47,347 nucleotides of DNA, taken from positions 1-47,347 of IMG/VR virus record IMGVR_UViG_3300023281_000775, one strand, 5' to 3'. Below the pieces are notes generated by a model that saw only the letters and a list, made by a program, of their open reading frames with translations, was not told the origin of the DNA and did no database searches. This stretch comes from a virus. This document shows, piece after piece, positions 9,503 to 18,621 of this stretch. Position 1 is the stretch's first letter. The number at the start of each line of letters is the position of its first letter. A program made the position numbers and the translations under genes.

Positions 9503-9934
9503 TTACGAGACTTTGCCCGTCGTCGGTGTTTTACCTTTTTCAAAATCACTCGGCTCTATTTGCGCCGAGTGGTCTTTCGGTGTCATACTTTTCGCGACCT
9601 CGTTAGGGTCCCCACGCTTTTCGGTTGCCGTTAGATATCCCCGGTCGTAGTGCTGCCTAAACGTTCTATTCCCTTTTAGCAACTCCATATCTTCCGCGCT
9701 AACGTGGGTAACCACACCGCGAGGGGTGACGTAATGTTTATTAACGACGTTAGCGCCGCCGTTAATAAGGACGCTCCGTTTTTTAATATTGGGGCCGCCC
9801 TCTTGGCCTTTCGGTTTAGCGACCCATAACGTGTACTCGTTAGGCGCGGTCAACGTCGAAAAAACGTAAAAACCGGGGTGAGATTTAGACCCGGTTTTTA
9901 CTTCGGGGGTTCGTGTTTCTTTACTTAATGCCAT
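9503..9934 (-). CDS. Hypothetical head-associated protein
   Basis: 143-aa Lys/Gly-rich ORF between the major capsid and adaptor genes. Confidence 0.55.
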   Translation of the reverse strand: MALSKETRTPEVKTGSKSHPGFYVFSTLTAPNEYTLWVAKPKGQEGGPNIKKRSVLINGGANVVNKHYVTPRGVVTHVSAEDMELLKGNRTFRQHYDRGYLTATEKRGDPNEVAKSMTPKDHSAQIEPSDFEKGKTPTTGKVS

Positions 9935-9964
9935 GGTTGATAGTCCTAGATAACGGGTTTAAGT

Positions 9965-11113
9965 TTACGGTGCTACGTCGCCGGATACGCCGGAATATCG
10001 GACAACCGCGTAAGGACGTTTTAACATAATGCCGGCCGTCGCGTTCGAGTAGTCCTCGATATAACTTTTAGAGCGTTGCTCTACGCCCAAGGTGAAAAAC
10101 CGGTTAGGGACAACCTGAATAAACGTCCGACTGTCATCACTTCCGGATTCGTCGACGGTTTCGGCGTACATGTAGAAAACGCCAAGACCGCCATTAGCTG
10201 TACTGAGTTCGGGAGCGGACACCACGCGAGTATTAGGATAGTTTTCATTTATCCATTGTTGGACGCTATTGCCGAACTGCGATACCGTCGATAGAAAGTC
10301 TACCGCGTTAGTCGCAATGGCTAGCGTAATCGCGTCTCGCTTGGGGTCGATAGCTTCTTGCGATTGTGCGCGCAGTGCCGCGTATCCCGTAAGCAAGTCG
10401 GCGACAATTTCTAAAAAGGTTTTATCGGCCCAGTTGGTCGTGTCCCCGACGCCGTCGGGCAGCGTGATGTAGGGCGGCAACTGGGGGTCGTTCAAAAACC
10501 CATACGTCCGGTTTGCCCCACTGTTATACCCGTTAAAGCCGACACGGTTACGCTCAATCTCCAACGCGGTAGCGGCGGCCTTACGTTTGCTTTCGGGGGA
10601 GTTCGCCCGAATGGCAGCGGCTCGCGCTTCCTCTAATCGTCCGACGACCATACCCTCTTCGAAACGGATAATTGTTCGACGCTCGTAGTTAACGTTCCAG
10701 CTCGCTTCGGGGACGTTGGTATAGTCGCCGTAAGGTATGGCGTTGCCGGTATACTCCATTAAGCCTTGCACGACTTCCTCGTCTTCCCAGGAACCCTGGG
10801 TTACCACGCCGACGAGCTCGTCGATTCTACGGGCCGCCGTGATGACTTCCACGAACCCCGGTAACCAAGCTTGTAAAAATTGTATGGGGGTCGTGATGCT
10901 CGCCGTGGTTAAGGGCGCGACTAGGTCCGCATCCATGCCGAATCCGTCCATAGCCGCGGCCATCATTTTCCCGAGTTCGCGGTCGGTTAGCGTAATCCCG
11001 ATATTATCGAGGTCTTTGTAATTCATCGCCAGCGACTCGACTTGGTCGGCGCTGACTCTTAACGGGGCATAGTCTCGACCCGGCCTATAGGACTTTTCTT
11101 GTACTCGTAGCAT
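9965..11113 (-). CDS. Major capsid protein (HK97-fold, DUF2184-like)
   Basis: 382-aa ORF after the protease/scaffold and decoration-like genes. It resembles, from memory, the capsid family that accompanies DUF1073 portals and DUF2213 proteins. Confidence 0.8.
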   Translation of the reverse strand: MLRVQEKSYRPGRDYAPLRVSADQVESLAMNYKDLDNIGITLTDRELGKMMAAAMDGFGMDADLVAPLTTASITTPIQFLQAWLPGFVEVITAARRIDELVGVVTQGSWEDEEVVQGLMEYTGNAIPYGDYTNVPEASWNVNYERRTIIRFEEGMVVGRLEEARAAAIRANSPESKRKAAATALEIERNRVGFNGYNSGANRTYGFLNDPQLPPYITLPDGVGDTTNWADKTFLEIVADLLTGYAALRAQSQEAIDPKRDAITLAIATNAVDFLSTVSQFGNSVQQWINENYPNTRVVSAPELSTANGGLGVFYMYAETVDESGSDDSRTFIQVVPNRFFTLGVEQRSKSYIEDYSNATAGIMLKRPYAVVRYSGVSGDVAP

Positions 11114-11148
11114 AATTTATAGCCTTAATTTGTCGTGGTCAAAATGCC

Positions 11149-11652
11149 TTAGTTTGTTAACTGGATAATTGCGAGACCTGGCCCGGTTGTCGAATTACGG
11201 ACAACGGTGGCGTTGGGTACTTGGTCGGTAAAGGCGCCAGGAGGCGCGGCCCCTACGGAAAGCGCCCCGTTATCGGGATCGTAATAAACGTTATCGCCAA
11301 TGGTAGCCGCCGCCGCAACGCTTACGATGATAATACCCATAGTAAGGAATTCGGCTTGTGTCTCGTTGGGCAGTGTTAGGGTCGGCTCCAAAGTACCCGA
11401 TACCGTCCCCGAGGTCGCGTAAACTTTAGGATTGACAAGGATCCCCGAAAAGACGCCGACGCCGGTACCTTGGTCGGCCGAGAATACGTCGTCGTTCCCC
11501 GCAACTAGCGTAAAGGCGCGGCCGACAATGTTATTAGCTTGGGAGGTGGACCGTAAAATACCCGGTTGCGCGCGCATCGGCCCGTCGAGAATTACCTCGC
11601 CGACTATGCCGGTAGTTTGGTTGATCCTAATTGTAGACTGGAAAGGAGGCAT
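11149..11652 (-). CDS. Head decoration / cement-like structural protein
   Basis: 167-aa Gly/Thr-rich ORF between the scaffold and capsid genes. Assigned from synteny. Confidence 0.45.
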   Translation of the reverse strand: MPPFQSTIRINQTTGIVGEVILDGPMRAQPGILRSTSQANNIVGRAFTLVAGNDDVFSADQGTGVGVFSGILVNPKVYATSGTVSGTLEPTLTLPNETQAEFLTMGIIIVSVAAAATIGDNVYYDPDNGALSVGAAPPGAFTDQVPNATVVRNSTTGPGLAIIQLTN

Positions 11653-12941
11653 TATTTTTTACTCCCGGTTATGTAATCGGTGATTGGGTTCGCGATTTTA
11701 GTCGCGCCGTCTTGTGCGACTGAGAATAGCGCCGGGCTCCCTTGGGGTTCGCGCCCGTGTAGGTAAGCGCGAAGCGCGTCAAGTTCCCGGCCTTCGGTTG
11801 CAGGCACTTCCAGCTTGTCGACACCGTATTTAGCGACCTCGTTTAACGTCATAGCGCTATGGTCGAAGGTACCCACAAATCGGCTAACTTTAGCGGCGAG
11901 CGAGTTACGTTCGTCGACTTCCTTTAAAAACGATTTGGAGTCGAAAGCCGTAGCGCCGACTTTTTCAAGCTTGTCCACCTTAGCCGCCAGGGGCTTAAGC
12001 GCTGCGTTGACCGCCTTTTTAATTGTTTGCTCGATTTTTTTATCCATAGCCGCGTAGTCTTCTTTTTCTTTGGGTTTATCCTCGTCCTCGACTTCGATTT
12101 CGACTTCGGGACCCTCCTCGGATTCCGGTAGAACCTCGCCGTTTTCTTCTTGGTCGTAAGTCTCGCCCCCGGCTTCGGGATCCCCGGCCCCCATTGCCAT
12201 ACTACTGAGCGCGCCCATAACCTTAGACATCTCGGCAATCTGGGGCATGATTTCTTTCAACATACCCGCGACCTCCGATATCGACATATCTTGGTCCTTG
12301 GCGTCGCCCGCTTTCTTTTTTCCGGGGTTAGCGTTAGCGTTTTGAATGCCTTCGGCTATCTTGTCTTTCTTGTGGTCCATTGATTCAACCCTCTCGGTGT
12401 CAATTGTGATTTTCATATCCATAGCGACGCTATCCATAACGGCGACGTCGGTTCGGCTAGCGTCGACCGAGGCTAAATGGTTGCCCCTTATGCGCCGTTG
12501 GACGACATTGTAACGTTTTCCCTCATATGTACCAATTTGCTCGAATTCGTACACACATTTATACCCTAACGAAAGTTCGTTTTTACCCTCGTCGATTTCA
12601 TCCTCCAACATATCCGACCATATTTTAAGGTTACCCTTAAGCCAGCCGTCGGACTCGTCAAAGTAAACGCTCTCCCCTATCGTCCCGTGGATCCCTTTAG
12701 CTTCCGGGGGCGAATCGTAGTCTTTGCCCAGCATCTTATGGTCGATAATCCAAGGCTGTAGGCGGAACGACTCGATACACGCCGGGTCCGCCAGTTCCTC
12801 GGGCGGCCTTAATACTTGGTAAATCCGGTTCGGCTCCGGGGCTCCGATTTCGGACCCCAGGTAGTCGAAGACACCGCCCCGGCTTAACTTATTGTCTTTA
12901 ATCTCGATAAAGCCGTTAGTATCTTTGGTTAGCGTTGCCAT
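11652..12941 (-). CDS. Prohead protease-like / scaffolding protein (DUF2213-like)
   Basis: 429 aa. The N-terminal roughly 190 aa (FIEIKDNKLSRGGVFDYLGSEIG...RIRGNHLASVD) resembles DUF2213. There is an acidic low-complexity centre (EEGPEVEIEVEDEDKPKEKED) and a helical C-terminus. Confidence 0.6.
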   Translation of the reverse strand: MATLTKDTNGFIEIKDNKLSRGGVFDYLGSEIGAPEPNRIYQVLRPPEELADPACIESFRLQPWIIDHKMLGKDYDSPPEAKGIHGTIGESVYFDESDGWLKGNLKIWSDMLEDEIDEGKNELSLGYKCVYEFEQIGTYEGKRYNVVQRRIRGNHLASVDASRTDVAVMDSVAMDMKITIDTERVESMDHKKDKIAEGIQNANANPGKKKAGDAKDQDMSISEVAGMLKEIMPQIAEMSKVMGALSSMAMGAGDPEAGGETYDQEENGEVLPESEEGPEVEIEVEDEDKPKEKEDYAAMDKKIEQTIKKAVNAALKPLAAKVDKLEKVGATAFDSKSFLKEVDERNSLAAKVSRFVGTFDHSAMTLNEVAKYGVDKLEVPATEGRELDALRAYLHGREPQGSPALFSVAQDGATKIANPITDYITGSKK

Positions 12942-12944
12942 TGC

Positions 12945-13823
12945 TTACGCTCCGTTTAATTCGAATACGGGGGCCATAGTGCATTTGCAATTGATTGCTT
13001 GCCCAGGTATGCCCCGCTCGCCGGTATTTTCCTCGATAATCGGTAAGTCGTCGAACGAGTAAATATTGCCGTTTAACACGTCTTTGTGAAGTGGACGAGG
13101 TTGTTGTCCCCCGCCACTGTGCACCCATTCGAATTTATTTATACCCACGTCTTTCATACGCGCCGCGTTTATGTTGTTGTACGCTTTTCGCGTTTGGTCG
13201 AGGGCGAGGTTTTTCGCTTTGTTCCGAATTTGTTTCGACCGGGCGTCGAGCATCTTATTAATGTTTTTGGTTAACTCGGCTATTCCCCCTTGATTCGGTT
13301 GCGCGATAGAACGCATAACCGCGCCGCGAACCTGGGTAAAGTATTGCTCGGGTATCGTTTTTATTAGGTCGACGTTCTCGGCTATCGTTGCTTTTGTTAT
13401 TTCTCGCAACTCGTTGTTAACGATATCGGTTTTAATCGATAGCCCGCCGGACAGCTTTTCGAGGCTACTGTGTAACGCGCTTTTACTTTCCTTGGCGACC
13501 CCGCGTACCATTTTCTCACTGTACGGCTTAGCCTGTTCGCTAAACATTTGGGTAAACCGTTTTTCTAGCTCATTCATCATAATTCTAGCTTGCGAGCCGA
13601 CCGTCGCGTCTACGGCGAAGTAAGCGCGACTGTCATCGGAGGCGAAAAACTTTCGGACCTCCTTAGACGTTTTAGAAACCATCTGATTAACCAAGCGTTC
13701 CCAGTCGGACACATAGCGGCGCTCGGTTCCCGCGTTACCGCGTAACGGCGTCCCCTTAAAGGCGACGTCGTCACGGTTCTCGGCCCAGTCGGCGCGCTTT
13801 TGTGTCAGTAACCGTTTAGCCAT
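12945..13823 (-). CDS. Head morphogenesis protein (SPP1 gp7 / Mu F-like)
   Basis: 292 aa downstream of the portal. The C-terminal PGQAINCKCTMAPV matches the NC+C motif typical of this family. Confidence 0.75.
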   Translation of the reverse strand: MAKRLLTQKRADWAENRDDVAFKGTPLRGNAGTERRYVSDWERLVNQMVSKTSKEVRKFFASDDSRAYFAVDATVGSQARIMMNELEKRFTQMFSEQAKPYSEKMVRGVAKESKSALHSSLEKLSGGLSIKTDIVNNELREITKATIAENVDLIKTIPEQYFTQVRGAVMRSIAQPNQGGIAELTKNINKMLDARSKQIRNKAKNLALDQTRKAYNNINAARMKDVGINKFEWVHSGGGQQPRPLHKDVLNGNIYSFDDLPIIEENTGERGIPGQAINCKCTMAPVFELNGA

Positions 13824-13824
13824 G

Positions 13825-14067
13825 TTATAGCGTTGCCCTTACCGCGGCGTCTTTGGCTTCGAGAAGCTTACGAAGCGCGACAGTACTTTCGTCGTTAACA
13901 GGTAACGCCCCGTCGATCATCGATGCTAAATCACAAAACGGCTGGCTTATGTTGGCCAGTCTTTCGGGTAAATGATCGTATTTAAAAAATTTCATTATTT
14001 CTCTGCCGCTCTTAACCTTCGGCATCGGTGTTTTTGTTTCCGTTTTCGGTAGCTGTGAATCGCCCAT
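13825..14067 (-). CDS. Small hypothetical protein between portal and MuF-like genes
   Basis: 80-aa ORF, tightly coupled (1-nt overlap with the portal stop). Confidence 0.5.
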   Translation of the reverse strand: MGDSQLPKTETKTPMPKVKSGREIMKFFKYDHLPERLANISQPFCDLASMIDGALPVNDESTVALRKLLEAKDAAVRATL

Positions 14068-15839
14068 TAACTCGCCTCATTCTGTTTAAAGTATTCTATC
14101 TCGCCCAGGCGTTTGGCCGCCGCCTCGTGGGAGTCGTACGGACCCCCGAGACGTTTACCCGATTCGCTGTACACATAATATTGCGAACCTTCCTTACGTA
14201 TGACATCCATCGCCCGCAACGCGACCGCGTCGGCAGCGTCACCAAATTGTCGGCCGTCGTCTTGGGGTTGATCCTCGGGCGCTTCCGGAACCTCGGGAGC
14301 TGCCGGCGGCTCGAGTATGCCGTCGTCTTCCTCGGGAGGTCGTTCGACCGTTTCGAGGCCGTTGTAGCCACTCCCATTATCGGCGGTTAGCCGGTCTCGT
14401 ATTTCGTAAGCGTCGATAGCGCCGGTATTTTGTAACTGGGCGTCGGCTTGCGCGTTAATGTGGTTAATCTCGGCCTGCTCTTTACTCGTCGGCACGTCGA
14501 CCGGGTTCCATTCGATAGTGATGTCGAACGGGTTCCCACCAAATTTAGGGAATATAATCGACCGACCTACGCAAATATGGTGCCGGTTAACGATAGCCGT
14601 AAGGTCGTTTTCCTGTATCGTCTCGAGTTCTTGGTTATACGTCTTAATCTCATGATCGCCGGTCGCGTTAAACCCCTTGGGGCTCGTCCCCAGTAGCTTA
14701 GTCGCGGGGACGTTGGCAACGGCAGCGACGAGCTGGTACATAGTCATAGTGACGTCGTCGAGGTCCGCTAGGCTCGTCTCGAGTTGCTGGGCCTCGTCGC
14801 CCTTATCGATAGCGAGAATACCGTAGTTATCGCGGGTCGCCGCTTGGAATTCTAACCCCTCTTGAAACCTGGCAGCGTTGGCGACGGCCTTCGATATATC
14901 CATTTTGCGGACGTTTAACCGTTTGGTCATGGCCAGTTGTGGGGACTCGTTAGCCGTACGCTCGGCCGCGTACACGCGCTCGTATATCCTTTGGGTAAGG
15001 GGAACCCCACCGTAAAGATACGACGGCTTAAGGATGTCGGGAACCTCGGGGCCGCGTAGCAAGACAAAATGCGACTTGTGGTACCGCTGACCCGAGATAA
15101 CCCAGTATGTTGGGTCGTAAAAGTCACGACTGGCGGGGCTTTGGACGGCCGCCGCGTCGAGATACGGCGAAACCCAGTAAGGATCGATTTGCGATATACC
15201 GCGGTAACTCCCGGGGCGGACCCCGTCGGGGTTGAACGGTTTTTCGTAGTACTCCTCGTCGGGCGAATCGACCACAAATAAAACGTGGCGGATCCCGAAT
15301 ATCTCGTTAAACCGGCTCGCGTTTTCGAGGTGTTGCTTAACGTTAAACGCGGTGTCGGCCTTAGCAATGGCGGCCAACATATCAGCGTTGACTTCGTTAC
15401 CGTCGTTAACTGTCACCTCGTACCCGTTACGTACCGCGTCGTCACCCTTAACAGAACACGCCTTGCTCACTAGCCAGTGTTGGGAAATAATCGCACACGT
15501 TTGATAACCGATAAATCCTTGGGTTACATACCACGAAAAAAGCGCCTCGGGTACGATTTGCTGGTTAACGTTAAACGCGGTTTTTACCGGTTGGGCGTTA
15601 CTTACGTCCATGCCGTCGCCCTTAACCGATAGCTTGATATCTCCCGGTTTAACAGGTATCGCGTTCTCTCGGATAAATTCCGCGTACCTTAGTTTATTAC
15701 GAAAGCCGTTCAATCTGGCGTGAGTTGTAAACGGGTTGTCGACGAGCTCGTCGTCGTCTTCGGCCGGTTTCTCGATAGGCTCGGGTTCCGGCTTGCGCTT
15801 GAATAGATTAACTAGCTTTTCTATTAAGGAAGACATCAA
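14067..15839 (-). CDS. Portal protein (DUF1073-like)
   Basis: 590 aa immediately downstream of terL, with an acidic/Pro-rich C-terminal region (PPEEDDGILEPPAAPEVPEAPEDQPQDDG). Confidence 0.8.
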   Translation of the reverse strand: MMSSLIEKLVNLFKRKPEPEPIEKPAEDDDELVDNPFTTHARLNGFRNKLRYAEFIRENAIPVKPGDIKLSVKGDGMDVSNAQPVKTAFNVNQQIVPEALFSWYVTQGFIGYQTCAIISQHWLVSKACSVKGDDAVRNGYEVTVNDGNEVNADMLAAIAKADTAFNVKQHLENASRFNEIFGIRHVLFVVDSPDEEYYEKPFNPDGVRPGSYRGISQIDPYWVSPYLDAAAVQSPASRDFYDPTYWVISGQRYHKSHFVLLRGPEVPDILKPSYLYGGVPLTQRIYERVYAAERTANESPQLAMTKRLNVRKMDISKAVANAARFQEGLEFQAATRDNYGILAIDKGDEAQQLETSLADLDDVTMTMYQLVAAVANVPATKLLGTSPKGFNATGDHEIKTYNQELETIQENDLTAIVNRHHICVGRSIIFPKFGGNPFDITIEWNPVDVPTSKEQAEINHINAQADAQLQNTGAIDAYEIRDRLTADNGSGYNGLETVERPPEEDDGILEPPAAPEVPEAPEDQPQDDGRQFGDAADAVALRAMDVIRKEGSQYYVYSESGKRLGGPYDSHEAAAKRLGEIEYFKQNEAS

Positions 15840-17280
15840 AAACCCCGTTATTCTCGTCGTATGGTGCGTTTATCATATGGAAGGCGTCGGCTAAATTCGG
15901 CGAGGGTTGCTCGGTTCGCTTTTCCATATCCTTTTTATCTTCCACGAGTTTTTTGCTGTTTACGCGTGATTTGACCCATAGCGGGCATGATAGCTCTTTA
16001 ACCAGTTTATTAAAAATTTCGTCGTCTTCTATGTCGATACTGATAACGTCGGCCGGGTCGACGTCGTGACCCAAAACGATAAACCGGTAAGTATTGTACA
16101 GTATTTGAGCGCTTATGCCGTGGGCCTGGGCTTTTAGATTGCCGTAAGTCTCGCCGTTAGTCTTGGCGGTTCCGGGTATTTCCTCGTCGGGGTTGGCGAC
16201 TTCGTGGCCCGCGTTGAACGGCTTGACGTCGACTTCAAACGTCCCCCTGGTTTCGTCCTTTACCTGGGTGATCTTATCATCCACGAATACCGCGACTCCG
16301 TCGCCATATCCGCCGCACTCGTCGTAGCGGAACTCGTCGGCGTTGAGCTCAACGACGTAGTCGAAAGCGGTATGTGTGGCCTCCCGGAGGTCTTTCGACC
16401 TTAGCCACTCTTTTACGTGGGTTACGATATTGCCGTCGGCCACTACTACGGCGTTAAAATCTCGCCCTTGCCCGGCCGGGTCGTAGCAAACCTTAACGCG
16501 GTCGTTGACGTGGACGAAACGAGGGTCGCGGCTAGCGAAGCGAGCCGCCCGGATCCATTCGCGGTCGATAATGACATCGCCGTCGGCGCCTTTGGGTTTA
16601 CCCTCCCATATATTATCGTAGTCTTTGCGCGGCCTAGTGTTAAGGCAGTGTACGCGTTGACGCTCGAGGTGTTCGGGAAAGTGTATATTATCTCGCCAGT
16701 TGATAAGCCTAGCCCGTGTCCCCGGCTCCGGGTTAACGATAAACCGCTGGTATGTGTCGTCGAGTTCGTCGTCCGGGTTAAAGATAACGATAATAATCGG
16801 GGGTTTTCCGGACCTGGGGCGTATGGAGGGCAGGAACTTATCCCACGAATTTTTTGATATGCCCTCGGATTCCTCGGCGAGTACGATATCGACATCGGCT
16901 ATCGATTTGATCGAGTTGATATTATTTCGTAACCCCTTGAATATAAACTGGGTACCATTGAGCGCCCGTATTTTCGTCTCGAGCACGGTGTAAAAGTGGG
17001 ATATGCCCCGGTTAACGATAGCCGCTTCGAGCTCGGCCTTAATCGACTCGTCGATAGACTTTTGAATCTCCCGGGTAACGAGTACCCTAATAGGCCGTAG
17101 GGAGCCCTCAACGATAACCGCGTCGGCAAACGTCCACGTCTTAGCCGAACCCCGACCGCCATAGGGGACAAAATATGTTCCACCTGGGCGGAAGACGGTA
17201 CGATTTTTAAGGATATCCGAGCGCTTAGTATAGAAAAAATCTCTGTACGCTGGCTGGGGATCCCAGGATAACCGAGACAT
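15808..17280 (-). CDS. terL: Terminase large subunit
   Basis: Walker A-like VPYGGRGSAKTW near the N-terminus. I prefer ATG 17280 (two nt after the terS stop) to the track start 17328. The gene is followed by the portal. Confidence 0.85.
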   Translation of the reverse strand: MSRLSWDPQPAYRDFFYTKRSDILKNRTVFRPGGTYFVPYGGRGSAKTWTFADAVIVEGSLRPIRVLVTREIQKSIDESIKAELEAAIVNRGISHFYTVLETKIRALNGTQFIFKGLRNNINSIKSIADVDIVLAEESEGISKNSWDKFLPSIRPRSGKPPIIIVIFNPDDELDDTYQRFIVNPEPGTRARLINWRDNIHFPEHLERQRVHCLNTRPRKDYDNIWEGKPKGADGDVIIDREWIRAARFASRDPRFVHVNDRVKVCYDPAGQGRDFNAVVVADGNIVTHVKEWLRSKDLREATHTAFDYVVELNADEFRYDECGGYGDGVAVFVDDKITQVKDETRGTFEVDVKPFNAGHEVANPDEEIPGTAKTNGETYGNLKAQAHGISAQILYNTYRFIVLGHDVDPADVISIDIEDDEIFNKLVKELSCPLWVKSRVNSKKLVEDKKDMEKRTEQPSPNLADAFHMINAPYDENNGVFDVFLNRKAS

Positions 17281-17282
17281 CG

Positions 17283-17924
17283 CTAGTTTTCCGTCTCGCC
17301 GTCCGTGTCGTCTCCGATAGCCGACCACGGGGTTAGCTCGTCCGCGTCTTCGACGACGATTTCGCGCTTATCCCGCCAGTTGGCCGAGTCTCGGTTTTTC
17401 AACCAAAAAATGGCGGAGGTGGGGTCCGGCGGGTAGTGTTTTGTGTACCCCTCGGAAATAATTTTGCCTTTGTACGTCCCTAAGTACGTGGCATCGTGGG
17501 AATATCCCACTGCCCGGTGATACAGACTGGCGGCGACCTTGGCGTCGGCTTCCCGTTTTCCGTCGTGAATCGCTCGGGCAAATTCAAGGTATTTGTTTTG
17601 CCACCTCCGGATAGTCTCGGTATCGACGTCGAAAAACGCTGCCAAATTGTCGTTGGTGGCCCCGAGTAAACAGTGTTTATAGGCCATATCGTTAAACTTT
17701 GGCCGGTACGTCGAGCAACCTACCCGGTTCATTAATCGTTTCTTACTCTCGATAATAGGGTCGACGGCGAGCGCTTCGCCGAGCTCGGCGTATGTGTCCC
17801 GCCACCTGGTGAAAGTCCTCGCGGGTATCTCGAGGAATTCGGAGATTTCCGCTAGGCTGAAACCCGCCTCCGTTAGCCTCCGTGCCTTTTTCACAATCTT
17901 AGGGTCAAGCGCTCGTCTAGACAT
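17283..17924 (-). CDS. terS: Terminase small subunit
   Basis: 213 aa directly upstream of terL, with two HTH-like segments (AGFSLAEISEFLEIPARTFTRWRD and ATNDNLAAFFDVDTETIRRWQNKY). Confidence 0.7.
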   Translation of the reverse strand: MSRRALDPKIVKKARRLTEAGFSLAEISEFLEIPARTFTRWRDTYAELGEALAVDPIIESKKRLMNRVGCSTYRPKFNDMAYKHCLLGATNDNLAAFFDVDTETIRRWQNKYLEFARAIHDGKREADAKVAASLYHRAVGYSHDATYLGTYKGKIISEGYTKHYPPDPTSAIFWLKNRDSANWRDKREIVVEDADELTPWSAIGDDTDGETEN

Positions 17925-17934
17925 GGATACCTAC

Positions 17935-18174
17935 TCAGTTACGCGATACGCAGGGGGGTACGGCTTCTATATCCCTCGCGCCCGCCGCGTCCTCCACGCC
18001 CGCCGCGCCTACCGCGTTAACGGCTCGTTGTACCTTGTCGAGAATGGACAAGGATAAATGAGCCCCCCGGAGCCCGTCCTCATAGCCGCTTTTGGCTTTG
18101 TGGTCGGTAAGAATGTTTAAGTGCGAGACTTCGGCCTCGGATAACGATACCGTAAAATGTGGGCCTTTTTGCAT
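17935..18174 (-). CDS. Hypothetical protein
   Basis: 79-aa ORF with an ATG start preceded by AAGGGAAG, upstream of terS. Confidence 0.5.
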   Translation of the reverse strand: MQKGPHFTVSLSEAEVSHLNILTDHKAKSGYEDGLRGAHLSLSILDKVQRAVNAVGAAGVEDAAGARDIEAVPPCVSRN

Positions 18175-18265
18175 TGTACTTCCCTTAATATTCTGTTTGT
18201 AAATTGTTAATATATTATATTGTTACGCGGAACGCTACCCCGAAAGGTAACGCCCCTCGCACTTT

Positions 18266-18550
18266 TTACCCTCTCGCTTTGTCCGCCGCCGTGGCTAATG
18301 CTTTATTAGCTGCGGGAACAGGAAGGGGTATAAGCTCCTCCTCACAAAAGCACGTCTCATGGACCGCGCACTCGTTACAATTCTGAACCATGTATCGAAC
18401 TGTATAGCAAGTAACCACCACGCGTTGACCGGTCGTACCGTCTAAACACTTCAATTCAGTACAGCATTTAACCACTAATCCTATATTATTGACGCAACCG
18501 GCCGCCGTGAAAGGTAGTATTTCTACCGTTGTTCCTACTGGGATAGCCAT
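18266..18550 (-). CDS. Cysteine-rich small protein (10 Cys in 94 aa), function unknown
   Basis: MAIPVGTTVEILPFTAAGCVNNIGLVVKCCTELKCLDGTTGQRVVVTCYTVRYMVQNCNECAVHETCFCEE... It is flanked by 71-nt and 91-nt non-coding gaps, unlike the tightly packed neighbours. Confidence 0.55.
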   Translation of the reverse strand: MAIPVGTTVEILPFTAAGCVNNIGLVVKCCTELKCLDGTTGQRVVVTCYTVRYMVQNCNECAVHETCFCEEELIPLPVPAANKALATAADKARG

Positions 18551-18621
18551 CTCATAGACTCCTATATCGTATTGACCAAAATTGGCTTGTCTATCTTACG
18601 CCACAATTGTTCCATTTATAT

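Noticed and set aside
11924-12238. Arg/Ser/Pro-rich antisense or out-of-frame ORFs (for example 1351-1563, 5393-5704, 6946-7149, 11924-12238, 14096-14377, 14927-15367, 16446-17183, 26328-26763, 35685-35885)
   Set aside because: These are typical shadow ORFs of CG-rich coding sequence. Each lies wholly inside a longer ORF with recognisable motifs or synteny, and none has a plausible start context.
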